A stretch of 64,000 nucleotides of DNA from Vicugna vicugna. Lineage: Eukaryota. Position numbers and translations under genes: made by a program. Positions 52,801-63,175 of this stretch are shown here, piece by piece (the stretch's first letter is position 1; every line of letters starts with the position of its first letter). The notes beneath the pieces are model-generated. The model was not told where the DNA came from, did not search any database, and was given only the letters and a program-made list of their open reading frames with translations. The stretch is taken from contig MU058540.1 of NCBI GenBank assembly GCA_013265495.1, positions 2,877,696-2,941,695 of the forward strand, in the 5' to 3' direction.

Positions 52801-53734
52801 AGTAATTAGCTCACTTAGGCTAACCATTTCCCTAGCAATCTGGTTTACGCTTCAATTGGCTTACAGCCTTAGAGAGGGCAAAAAGGTCAACTTTAGCCCA
52901 GCCCCTGTGGAAATATTTCCTATACCTTTTATGGATAAAATTCATCCCCTTCAGCAACTTGCTTCTGCCAAACCTGCGGGAGGGAGGAGCAGGGAGCAGG
53001 GCAGGTGATACTCTGGCCAGTCCAATGAGGAAGAGGAGGTTGGTTACTAAAGTCTCAATTACTGAAGCTATTCTGGCCATTCTTGTTCTCATCATGTCAC
53101 CTGGGACCCCTGCCCTCTGGGGACTCTTGGCTTTGGTCACCTCATGCACCATTCCCCCTCCTTCCCTTTCTACAAGCCTTGGGGTCTAGACCTGTGTCCC
53201 TCTGCTCTTTGGAGCTGCCTCTGCCCCCTTAGCCATTGGGGCTTCCCTCTCTCAGTGGAGACCCCAAGCTGAGTCTCTATCCAGGGGCCCTGGGGCCTCC
53301 CTCCTAGCTCCAGGTGGACAAGGTCAAACCCCTACTTATCCCATTCTTGGGCCTCTTCTGGTCACCAGAAGAAGTGAGCTCAATTTGCACAGCTACAAAG
53401 GCCATGGGAAACCAGCTTTGGCTCTGAGTCCAGTAAATTCAGCCCTACCACTTCAACCATGGAAGATAACATTCTTTACCCCCCATCTTTAACCTCATCC
53501 TTGCTTGGTCAGATCCTCTTCTCTGAGAGTAAGGAGGTCTGCTCCTTCTGTTGTTCAGACAGGTGCCAGGGGCCACAAGGACCCTCCCCCTTGACCTAGT
53601 TCCCCCCTTTTATTCTCTGCACCTGAAAACCAGCTGGCATGGAAGGTCTGAGGGAGGGAGGAAGCGGAGACAAGAACAAGATAAAAGCTGCCACATCCTT
53701 GCCAGCCTCTGTGGCCTGGCTCCTTTTCCTAATC

Positions 53735-54290
53735 CATTAATTCTTTCAACAGCCATTTATGAACACCTACTGTGTGCTGGACACATTCCAGGTGCTCCAG
53801 ATATAAGAGTTAATGAAATAGATGAAAATGGAGCTGACACATGGCAAACAAGATAAATAAGTAAACCAGAGTTTATGGTGAAAAGTGATAAGGAGGCAAC
53901 ATTCAGCAGAAAGGGCATATGTGTTGGAAAGGTGGAAATGTCAGATTGGGTAGCCAGGGGAGGCCTTGATAGGCTGATGTCTGAGTCAAGATCTGAGGGA
54001 ATCGTGGAAGGGCCATGTGAATATCTGGGGAAAGAGCACTCTAGGAAAAAGGAACAGTAAGTGCAAAGGCCCTGAGGCAGGAGGAGGCAGCTATGAATGG
54101 AGTGCAGTGATGGAGGGGATGAGCAGTAGGAGATAAGGTCAGCCAGGTAAAGGAAGTCAGATTATGTAGGGCTACCAGGCCACCATTGTGCTTTGCAAGA
54201 TGGGAGCTGCTGGAGAGCTCAGAGCAGAGGAGGAACAGAATTTGACTTGGGTTTTAATAAGATCCCTCTGGCTTCTGGGTTAGGAATAGA
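53735..54290 (-). mobile_element. L2 fragment
   Basis: tttatgaacacctactgtgtgctgg...gggaaagagcactctagg...aagtgcaaaggccctgaggcagga...tttaataagatccctctggct. Confidence 0.8.
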
Positions 54291-54907
54291 CTGATGGTAT
54301 TTAGGAGACCCACACCTACCCACTAAAAGTCCCTGTGATTCTTGAGAGTGAGCCCTTCAAGTCTGCCCTCTCCTTATACATCCTGTCACAAGGGGCAAAA
54401 GGCACATGGACTCAGGTAGGAACAATGGAATTGAGACAAGGATGGAAAAGTGGGTCGTCCCGGATTATGGCAGAGCTTGGAAGTCAGACTAAGAAACTGA
54501 AACTTGATTCAAGCAGAGGGGAGTCACTGAAGGTTTCTGAGCAGGAGAATCACCTAACTAAAGCTGTTAGTTAGCCACATTAGTCAAAATCCACAGGAAG
54601 GCTGCTGTGGCAGAGACGCGGTGCTAAACACTGTACACATGTCTCAGGCCATGATCTTGCTGGGCCTGGACTCCCTGTCTCCCCAAACAGACTAGGGCTC
54701 CCTGAGGACAGAAACTTTCCCTCTATCTTCAGTCTCTTCCTGCATTAGCAGGGACAAGACTCTCCCCTCTGCACACCATACTATCCTTCACGGGGCTTAG
54801 GTGCTGCATTTGGAAACACATCAAGTGGGATGACTCCAGAGTTAGATGACAAGACAGACACCAGAGACAGGCTAGTGTTTCCAGGGTGGGAAAGTGGCTG
54901 TACGTAC

Positions 54908-54954
54908 CTCCCGCCACTGCTTGTTCTCCATCCCTTGAGTATACATGACGCATA
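54908..54954 (-). CDS. CPNE5: CPNE5 exon 3 (47 nt): (L)CVMYTQGMENKQWRE
   Basis: CAG acceptor 54955-54957 and GTACGT donor 54902-54907; phase matches exons 2 and 4. Confidence 0.95.
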
Positions 54955-55746
54955 CTGTGAGGAGAGGAGAAAAAGAGGGTTAGCTTCCTTAGCGAAGAGG
55001 AAGGTGTGGGCCCCAGACAGGAAGGTCCTGGGTTAGCAGTGTTGGGTCGGGGGAGGTGGAGGGGTTGGCGTAGAGAAGGGGACCTAGAACATGGGTATGT
55101 CTGGGAGGGGAATCCTTTGGGAGGAGGGTCAGGGGTTATTTGCATCTAGGCCAGAGTAAGTGTGAAGTGTGAGGCAGGAAGACAAGTGGGCATGACAGTG
55201 GACTGGGTGGCAGAGGTGTGGCAGGAGAGAGAATCTGAAACCTGCCTTGTCCCTTTAGAGCCCAAGGCAGCCTCATGAGGCCTATTATTACCATCAGCCC
55301 CACTTCACTGATGGGAAAACTGAGGCTCAGAGGAGGCAAATGACCTGTCTGTGGTCATACACTTGAGTGGCATTGCCTAGGGATAGAATCTTGGGTTCCA
55401 AAATCAGTGTTTGTCCCCCCAGACCACAGCCAGCTGGGGTTCTTAAATATATGGGTTTCCCTAGGACTAAGACCTTCTGGCCCCAGACACCCTGACGCCT
55501 CCCCGCCTGCTTGGTTGTGTTGAAGCTTCAAAACTACAGGGTCTGGGAAGGATCAAACATACATACACTTCCCCAGCCCCGCCCCAGTTCTGTTTCTCCA
55601 GACAGTATCCATGAAATGTTGGACAACCTGGATGCAGTGGGAATGGTGCCTAGCACGTAGTGAGCACTCAGGACAGGCTCCAGTGTTGGCTGCTGCAGTA
55701 GTCATAACGCTGTTGTTACTATTATTACTGTCAGAGCAGGACTTAC

Positions 55747-55787
55747 GTGGGTCAGACTTGGAGAACATATCTTTGTCCAAAAGGTTC
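55747..55787 (-). CDS. CPNE5: CPNE5 exon 2 (41 nt): (R)NLLDKDMFSKSDP(L), C2A Ca2+-binding loop 1
   Basis: CAG acceptor (plus-strand ctg 55788-55790) and GTAAGT donor (acttac 55741-55746); copine DxDxxSKSDP motif. Confidence 0.96.
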
Positions 55788-56749
55788 CTGAAAGAGGGGG
55801 AGAGAGCAGGAGTTAGCGCAGCCCAAGGATCTCAGAGGATTCAGGCTGTTACTGAGACCAGGAGGATGCCTCGGGCCTGGCCTCCAGCAAAACAGGAAGC
55901 AGGAGGCTCTTTCAGCACAGTTTATTATGGATCATTAAAGCTGGGCAGGCCCCAGAGGTTCCTCCCTAGGATGTGTGGTGATCCCTACCTCCCTCCTCCA
56001 CCATCACCACGCGCTCCTGCGCACCCCAGTGCCCTGGATCCTGCTGCTCCTTGTTCTCTGGCCAAAGCCACATCTGCCCAAAAGTTCTAGAAATTCTGTT
56101 CTAGAAATTCTCCTCCTACCATTTCTCTGTCTCTGAAAAAATACAATAAAATCAAGCCATCAAAACTTATCCATTCAATGTCCCTTTCTCTCAGGGCTCC
56201 ACATACAGCCAGTTTATTCAATCATCTCATCTGTGCCGATGGATTAATGAATAACACCTCTCAGGGGATGCAGACTCATTTGAACAGGGTCTTTCTGTGG
56301 TCAAGACCAGAGCTAACACATGGCCCTAACAATCAGACTGGAGGTCAGGCAGCAAGATGATGGACACAACGTTTTGGGGCAGAGAGGTCTTTGAACAGGT
56401 GCTGAGCCCCTCCTGCCCTGCCTCTGTGCAATCACCACTTCCACTCACTGAACCCCAGGCACTGTGCTAAGTGTTCTGCAAATATGAGCTCCCAATTCTC
56501 ACCCCGCCCTGCAAGGTCAGTACTGGGTAGGCATCATCCCATCTAACAGATGTGGAAGTGGAGGCACAGGGAGATCAGATAAGAGCATGTCCTGCACATC
56601 TGGTGTCCCTCACTCTACAATGACCTACTGCTGTCAGGAAGCAACACATCCCAGTGGAAACTTAGTATCTGGCTGGGAAGTGACTCAACCTTTCTGAGCC
56701 TGTTTCCTCATCTGTACAATAGAGACAATAGTGCCATCTTTAAGATTGT

Positions 56750-57030
56750 TGCTGCTCTACCCAATCTCCTCAGCCCTCCTAGTTCCTGTACATACCCATG
56801 GTTTCCTCCTGCTTCTCTCCCAAGGGATTTCTCTGGCGGACAGGGCTGCAAATACCAGGAAGTTTATGTTACCCAGGGCAGCCCTCAACCAATGATGGGT
56901 GAGAACTGGGGGATAAATACACAGCTCTGTCACTCCCCCACCAAGGACAGCTCTGAGGTGTGCTTCACACAGCCTCCCCGAGGTGCCCACCAGGAGACTG
57001 CTCATTAAAGACCCTTGTTGACTCGGGCAA
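56750..57030 (+). mobile_element. LTR16-like ERVL LTR fragment
   Basis: cagggcagccctcaaccaatga...gggataaatacacagctc...ctctgaggtgtgcttcacacagcctccc. Confidence 0.7.
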
Positions 57031-58417
57031 GGACTTCATTGCTGAAGGGCTTCCTGTGAGTCCTCCCACCTGTTGGAGTTACTGACTCCTTCCTACACTG
57101 CCCTAAAGTCAGTCTCTGCCCTTGCCAGCCATCTCAGCCATGTCTGATCTCCTTCCCGGATGTTCCCAGGGGTTTTCTCAACTACCCCCTCCACTCCCAT
57201 GCTCCCCCTTAAGCCTCTGTGCTCCTTGCACCCTTTCCCCAGAGAAGAGAAACAATCAATACCAGGTTGTGTGGCTTCCTGTCAGCCAACTCCAAATGTC
57301 AGAGCTGGATGGGACCCTCAGGATCATCTGTTCTACCTTCTCCTTGAGAGGGGCGGAGACTGAGGCCCAGGGAGGGGCAGGGAGTGGTCATGCCCCACAG
57401 CAAGCAGTGGCAGAGCCAGAAAGGTCTAGAAGGAGACCTCCCCTGAGTCATCATCATCAAAGCCATCAGCAGTGATAGCCTGTCTGGACAACTTGACCCG
57501 CAGTCAACCCCACCACCCATGCCCTCACTCTGAGGTAAGAGCCAAAGACCAACCAATAGATAGACAGACAGATGCAGCAGCAGACTGGTGCAAGCATATA
57601 GCATCCTCTGCTGCCTGAGGAGGCCCCACATCGTGTTCATAAATCATCCCAGCTCCAGTCCCCAAGCAGATTCCCAGACATGTCCCCAAGAGAGGGATCC
57701 CCAAGTCCCCATCCTCTGCTCCAGTCTCTCCATTCAGGGGCCTTTCTCCAAAGGCAGCTATCCCTCCATGACCCCAAAACACAGAACCCCTCTGCTGGTC
57801 CCCATCACTCTTCTACCAGACCTACTCCCAGTGGCTGTCACTTTGGAAACCATCTGATAAACCTCCCAGCTCACTGAGTGAGCATCAGATGAAATGATAC
57901 CCAAGCAGCTCTGAAAAGTAGGCAACAGGAGCTACAGGTAAGATACCACTTTTATATATGCTCATCCACACTGAGGTGGCCTGACCTATACATGGGTTGA
58001 CCTCCTCCTCCTGCCATGTGCTAGGATTCAGGGCAGGAGCATCTCCCTTGACTTAAACAAAGGAGAAAAATGCTTAAATTCCAAAGATGACTCTACAGTG
58101 GGGGAACATAAGGCATGGTTGGGGATGGGAGTGGGGAGTGGGTGTGGTAGGGGGACTCTTCTACTAAAGCAAGTGCTGAGGTTGATTTTTGAATTCTATA
58201 GCGAAAGTCTATAATTATATAAAGTCCTAGAATGTTCAAGTTGGAAGGGTCTTCAGAGGTCACCTTTTCTAATTCCTTTATAAATTAGGAATGTGAGACT
58301 TGGAGAGAAGTCAATTGACTGCTCCAAGGTCTGTGTCTCCTCAGGTTTAGATCTGGAGCTCAGGTTTAGTCATGTCTAGGCTAGCAAGAAAGTGAAACCC
58401 TGGATTTCAGCTAGATG

Positions 58418-58480
58418 TCTGTATGTGTGCGTGTGCGTGTGCGTGTGCGTGTGTCTGTTTGTGTGTGTGCGTCTGTGTGC
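58418..58480. repeat. Compound (GTGTGC)n/(GT)n microsatellite
   Basis: gtgtgcgtgtgcgtgtgcgtgtgcgtgtgtctgtttgtgtgtgtgc read directly. Confidence 0.85.
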
Positions 58481-59039
58481 ATGAAAGAGAGAGAAAGTGA
58501 TTGAAAGAGAGAGCAGGAGACAAGATATGAGGTCTTACCTTCAAAGAGAAGCAGATCAGGCCAACCTGAGCAAGAGGCACACAGCTGAACTAAGAAATAG
58601 AACCTACCTAGCTTTGGTGGCTCCCTGCCCAGTGACCTTGAGACTCTCACTGAGCCCTCTGCTGAGATTATCCTTACAGAACCATTCCTATTACTTCTCC
58701 TCAATTTTGCCTTCCCTGGACAGACACTGACTAACAACCATTTCCCCCTGCCTCCCCTGAGCTCTCTCTGGCCCATACCATGCAATCCTCTGACTTGTAG
58801 GATCCATTACCATACTCAGCACACCAAGGACTGCAAAAATTAGGGGTGCCTCTATCTCTCACATGGGGCAGGGGCCTCAACTCTGCTCCAAGCCAGACCA
58901 GCACCTGACTCAGAGCAGGGCCCTGGAAAACTGGATGGATGAAGGGAAACCAAAAGGAATGGCCAGATGGGTGAACGAGGCTCTGGTTTCCTGACCTGGT
59001 CATGCTCAGGGCCAGACCCTATACTTCCTCTTAGCTGTA

Positions 59040-59200
59040 GAGCCTAATGTTTAAACGTCTGGGATGCAGTCAGACAAGCTGGGTTCACATCCCAGTTCTG
59101 GACAAGTTATGTAACTTCCTTGTGCCTCAGTTTCCCCATCTGTAAAATGGGGTTAAAAATAGTTCTTCCCTTAGGGCTGCTGTGGAGCACTTAGACATAG
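59040..59200 (+). mobile_element. MIR (one of many further MIR relics not listed individually)
   Basis: ggacaagttatgtaacttccttgtgcctcagtttccccatctgtaaaatgggg core. Confidence 0.85.
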
Positions 59201-59793
59201 TGAGGCTCATCAGACAGGTCAGTCATCATCAACATGGTGCTGAGCAGAACAGTCACTCTCTTGGAGAATGCTCAGACTCACTTGGTGATAAAGGAGAGAC
59301 AGGATGGGTAACACAAGCCACCTCTACACTTACAGATCCAAGGAAGCCCACCCCATCACATACATTCCCAGTGCCCCGTTGTAAAGTGTACATTGAATTC
59401 TCCACTGACTGAGGACAGCCTCCCTCACCCCCATCTCAGGCTCCTCCTTGGCTTCCCTTCCTTGAGGATCCTCTGCTCCTTTGCCTGGGTCCTTGCACCT
59501 TATACCCACCTCTGATCCCTCATTCATCCACACTTACCCCTATCCATGTCTCACCCTAACTGCTTGTCCTGACAGAAGCCTTAGGGTCGCTGAATGTGCT
59601 CTCTTGGCCTAGAGATGGTGGCTTCACCCCATAAGCAATGGGTCTCTCACTTTCTGGGCCTTGCTCCTGCCCCTAGTTATAAAAAGGCAGACTTGGGCCC
59701 CATTCCCTGAGTCTGGTTTTATAAATCTGGTCAGGGCCCTGGAAGCCGTGTTTTGAAAAACTTAACCACCCAAGCTCCCCTATACACACTGGG

Positions 59794-59894
59794 TTTATTT
59801 GTTTGTTTGTTTTAAATGGAGGTACTGGGTATTGAACCCAGGACCTCATGCATGCTAAGCATGTGCTCTACCACTGAGCTGTACCCACCCTCCC
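59794..59894 (-). mobile_element. tRNA-derived SINE (Vic-1-type)
   Basis: Reverse complement reads gggagggtgggtacagctcagtggtagagcacatgcttagcatgcatgaggtcctgggttcaatacccagtacctcca followed by an (AAAC)n tail. Confidence 0.88.
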
Positions 59895-60554
59895 AACGTT
59901 GTGTTTTTGATGGCAACAGTCCAAACACCACATGTTGGAACATTGGGTCTTAGGGCCTCAGTTTCCTGCACTGCTAAGATACATGTATGTACAGCACTTG
60001 AAAGCTCTTATATGACCCTTACTCTGATCCAGTGAGAACTCCAAAGCTCAGAGATGGAAATGACTTGCCCACAGGCACACAGCCAGTAAGAAGCCAAAGG
60101 GTAGAAAACCAGGTCTTCCACATCAAAGGAGGGCCCAAATTGCAAGGACACAGAGAGATCAGACCATAGGTGCTTTTCTCCACTTTTGAGTCTTTGGAGA
60201 ACTCAAAGAGAAATTTTTCCCAACAGGCAAAATGTATTTTTTCCCTAAAAGAGCATAAAATCCTTCAGCATTCCATGCAGCAGCCTGGAGCTTGGCTTCT
60301 TTTGTCCCCTAAATCAAGGCCAGGGAAGCAGAGCCAAATACTTCTTTCCTCCCCACACTCCCTAAGGAATCATTTCCAAATCAGTGGCAGCAATAATGAT
60401 CATGCAATGGGCAGTGAGGTCAAAAGGCCCAGCAAGGCAGAAAGCACTGGAAAGGCCAAAATGAGAAATGCCTGGTGATAAAGAAGTGGGCCTAGGGTAA
60501 TACCTTCCCACTGAGAGGCTTAAAAGAGTCAAGGTAGAAGCTGGGGGCATCATC

Positions 60555-61176
60555 CAGTCAGAGAGAGGAAACAAAGCCATGATCTCAGGGCGTCCCATTC
60601 TGAGAGGGAGACACAAGTCTGCCCTCAGGGAGCTATGGTCTGAAAAGGAGACCCAGCCTCACCCCTACCCCAGCCCACCCCAGATAGCGTGAATCTGATG
60701 TAAAGACAGTGCTACCTTACAGGGCCCCAGTCTGAGGGGAGACACAGCCACTGTCTGGGAGCCTGAATCTGAGATAGAAAACACTGAGAGGTGAGGCACA
60801 GACCTACCTTCAGGGAGCCTATACTTGATGGAGAAAAGTGTCCTGTCCTCAAGGAGCACCAATCTGAGGGAGAGTCCTAGCCCTGCCCTCAGGGAGCCCC
60901 AGTCTGAGGAAAGGCTCAGCCCGGCCCTCAGGAACCCTGAGGGGACACACAGACCAGCATTCAGGGACTCCAGTCTGAGGGGAGATACAGCCCCACCCTC
61001 AGGAAGCCCCAGTCTGAGGGGAGACACAGCCTTACCCTCAGGGATCCCCAGTCTCAGGGAAGACACAGCCTGCCTTCAGGGACCCCAGTCTGAGGAGAGA
61101 CACAGCCCTGCCCTCAGGGAGCCTTACTCTGAGGAGGAGCCCCAGCCTTGTCTCAGGGTACCAAGACTGAGGGAGA
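60555..61176. repeat. Minisatellite with ~39-bp unit (GAGACACAGCCCTGCCCTCAGGGAGCCCCAGTCTGAGGG), left arm
   Basis: Unit starts at 60982, 61021 and 61060 (39-bp spacing); units become more degenerate toward ~60555. Confidence 0.92.
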
Positions 61177-63175
61177 AACCCTAAAAGGTCCACACAAAAG
61201 CTACTAGAGCTGATTGAAGAATTCAGCAAGGTAGCAGGTTACAAAATTAATGTTCAAAAATCAGTTGCATTTCTTTACACTAACGATAAATCAACAGAAA
61301 AAGAAAGTAAAGAAACAATCCCCTTTAAAATAGCACCCAAAGTAATAAAATATCTGGGAATAAACCTAACCAAGGAGGTGAAAGAATTATACACAGAAAA
61401 CTATAAACCATTGATGAAAGAAATTAAAGAAGACTTTAAAAAATGGAAAGATATTCCATGCTCTTGGATTGGAAGAATCAATATTGTTAAAATGGTCACA
61501 CTGCCCAAGGCAATCTACAGATTTAATGCAATCCCTATCCAATTACCCAGGACATATTTCACAGAACTAGAACAAATCATAATAAAATTTATATGGAACC
61601 ATCAAAGACCTAGAATTGCTAAAGCATTACTGAAGAGAAAGAAAGAGGCTGGAGGAATAACTCTCCCAGACTTCAGACAATACTATAGAGCTACAGTCAT
61701 CAAGACAGCATGGTATTGGTACCAAAACAGACATATGGACCAATGGAACAGAATAGAGAGCCCAGAAATGAACCCACAAACCTTTGGTCAACTAATCTTC
61801 GACAAAGGAGGCAAGAATATACAATGGAATAAAGACAGTCTCTTCAGCAAATGGTGTTGGGAAAACTGGACAGCAGCATGTAAAACAATGAAGCTAGAAC
61901 ACACCCTTACACCATATACAAAAATCAACTCAAAATGGATTAAAGACTTAAACATAAGACAAGATACAATAAACCTCCTAGAGGAAAACATAGGCAAAAC
62001 ATTATCTGACATACATTTCAAAAATTTTCTCCTAGAAGAAATAAAAGCAAGAATAAACAAATGGGACCTAATGAAACTTACAAGCTTCTGCAGAGCAAAG
62101 GAAACCAGAAATAAAACAAGAAGAAAACCTACGGAATGGGAGAAAATTTTTGCAAGTGAAACCGACAAAGGCTTGATCTCCAAAATATATAAGCAGCTCA
62201 TACGACTCAATAAGAAAAAAATAAACAACCCAATCCAAAAATGGGCAGAAGACCTAAACAAGCAATTCTCCAAGGAAGACATACAAATGATCAAAAAGCA
62301 CATGAAAAAATGTTCAATATCACTAATTATCAGAGAAATGCAAATCAAAACTACAATGAGGTATCACCTCACACCAGTCAGAATGGCCGTCATTCAAAAA
62401 TCCAAAAATGACAAATGCTGGAGAGGCTGTGGAGAAAGGGGAACCCTCCTACACTGCTGGTGGGAATGCAGTTTGGTGCAGCCACTATGGAAAACAGTGT
62501 GGAGATTCCTCAAAAGACTAGGAATAGACTTACCATATGACCCAGGAATCCCACTCCTGGGCTTGTACCCAGAAGGAAATCTACTTCAGGATGACACCTG
62601 CACCCCAATGTTCATAGCAGCACTATTTACAATAGCCAAAACATGGAAACAGCCTAAATGTCCATCAACAGGTGACTGGATAAAGAAGATGTGGTATATT
62701 TATACAATGGAATACTACTCAGCCATAAAAACCGACAACATAATGCCATTTGCAGCAACATGGATGCTCCTAGAGAATGTCATTCTAAGTGAAGTAAGCC
62801 AGAAAGAGAAAGAAAAATACCATATGAGATCGCTCATATGTGGAATCTAAAAAACAAAAACAAACAAACAAACAAAAACAAAGCATAAATACAGGACAGA
62901 AATAGACTCATGGACAGAGAATACAGACTTGTGGTTACCAGGGGGGTAGAGGGTGGGAAGGGATAGACTGGGATTTCAAAATTGTAGAATAGATAAACAA
63001 GATTACACTGTATAGCACAGGGAAATATACACAAAATGTTATGATAAATCACAGAGAAAAAAATGTGACAATGAGTGTGTATATGTCCATGAATGACTGA
63101 AAAATTGTGCTGAACACTGGAATTTGACACAACATTGTAAAATGATTATAAATCAATAAAAAATGTTAAAAAAAA
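61177..63175 (+). mobile_element. Young 5'-truncated LINE-1 (3' part of ORF2, 3' UTR, short A tail), antisense to CPNE5 in intron 1
   Basis: Open frame 61177-62850 ([29 protein letters not shown]...KYLGINLT...[18 protein letters not shown]...SLICGI*), typical of L1 ORF2; AATAAA at 63155-63160; perfect TSD AAGACTGAGGGAGA at 61163-61176 and 63176-63189. Confidence 0.97.

Larger units (their letters stand above)
1783..55787 (-). other. CPNE5: Copine-5 gene, internal portion (coding exons 2-13; gene extends past both window edges)
   Basis: Twelve GT-AG exons join in frame to [48 protein letters not shown]...VVNPKKKMKKKKYVNSGT, a two-C2-domain copine. The IGAFSLNSRTGKPMPAVSNG insert and the TQGMENKQW segment match CPNE5 as I recall it, rather than CPNE8 or CPNE9. 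Confidence 0.96.

Noticed and set aside
56084..56111. 14-bp tandem duplication GTTCTAGAAATTCT x2, resembling a heat-shock element
   Set aside because: Spacing does not give three contiguous alternating nGAAn units; probably a simple slippage duplication.
61788..62348. 186-aa minus-strand ORF
   Set aside because: Antisense shadow of the A-rich L1 ORF2; no independent gene signals.
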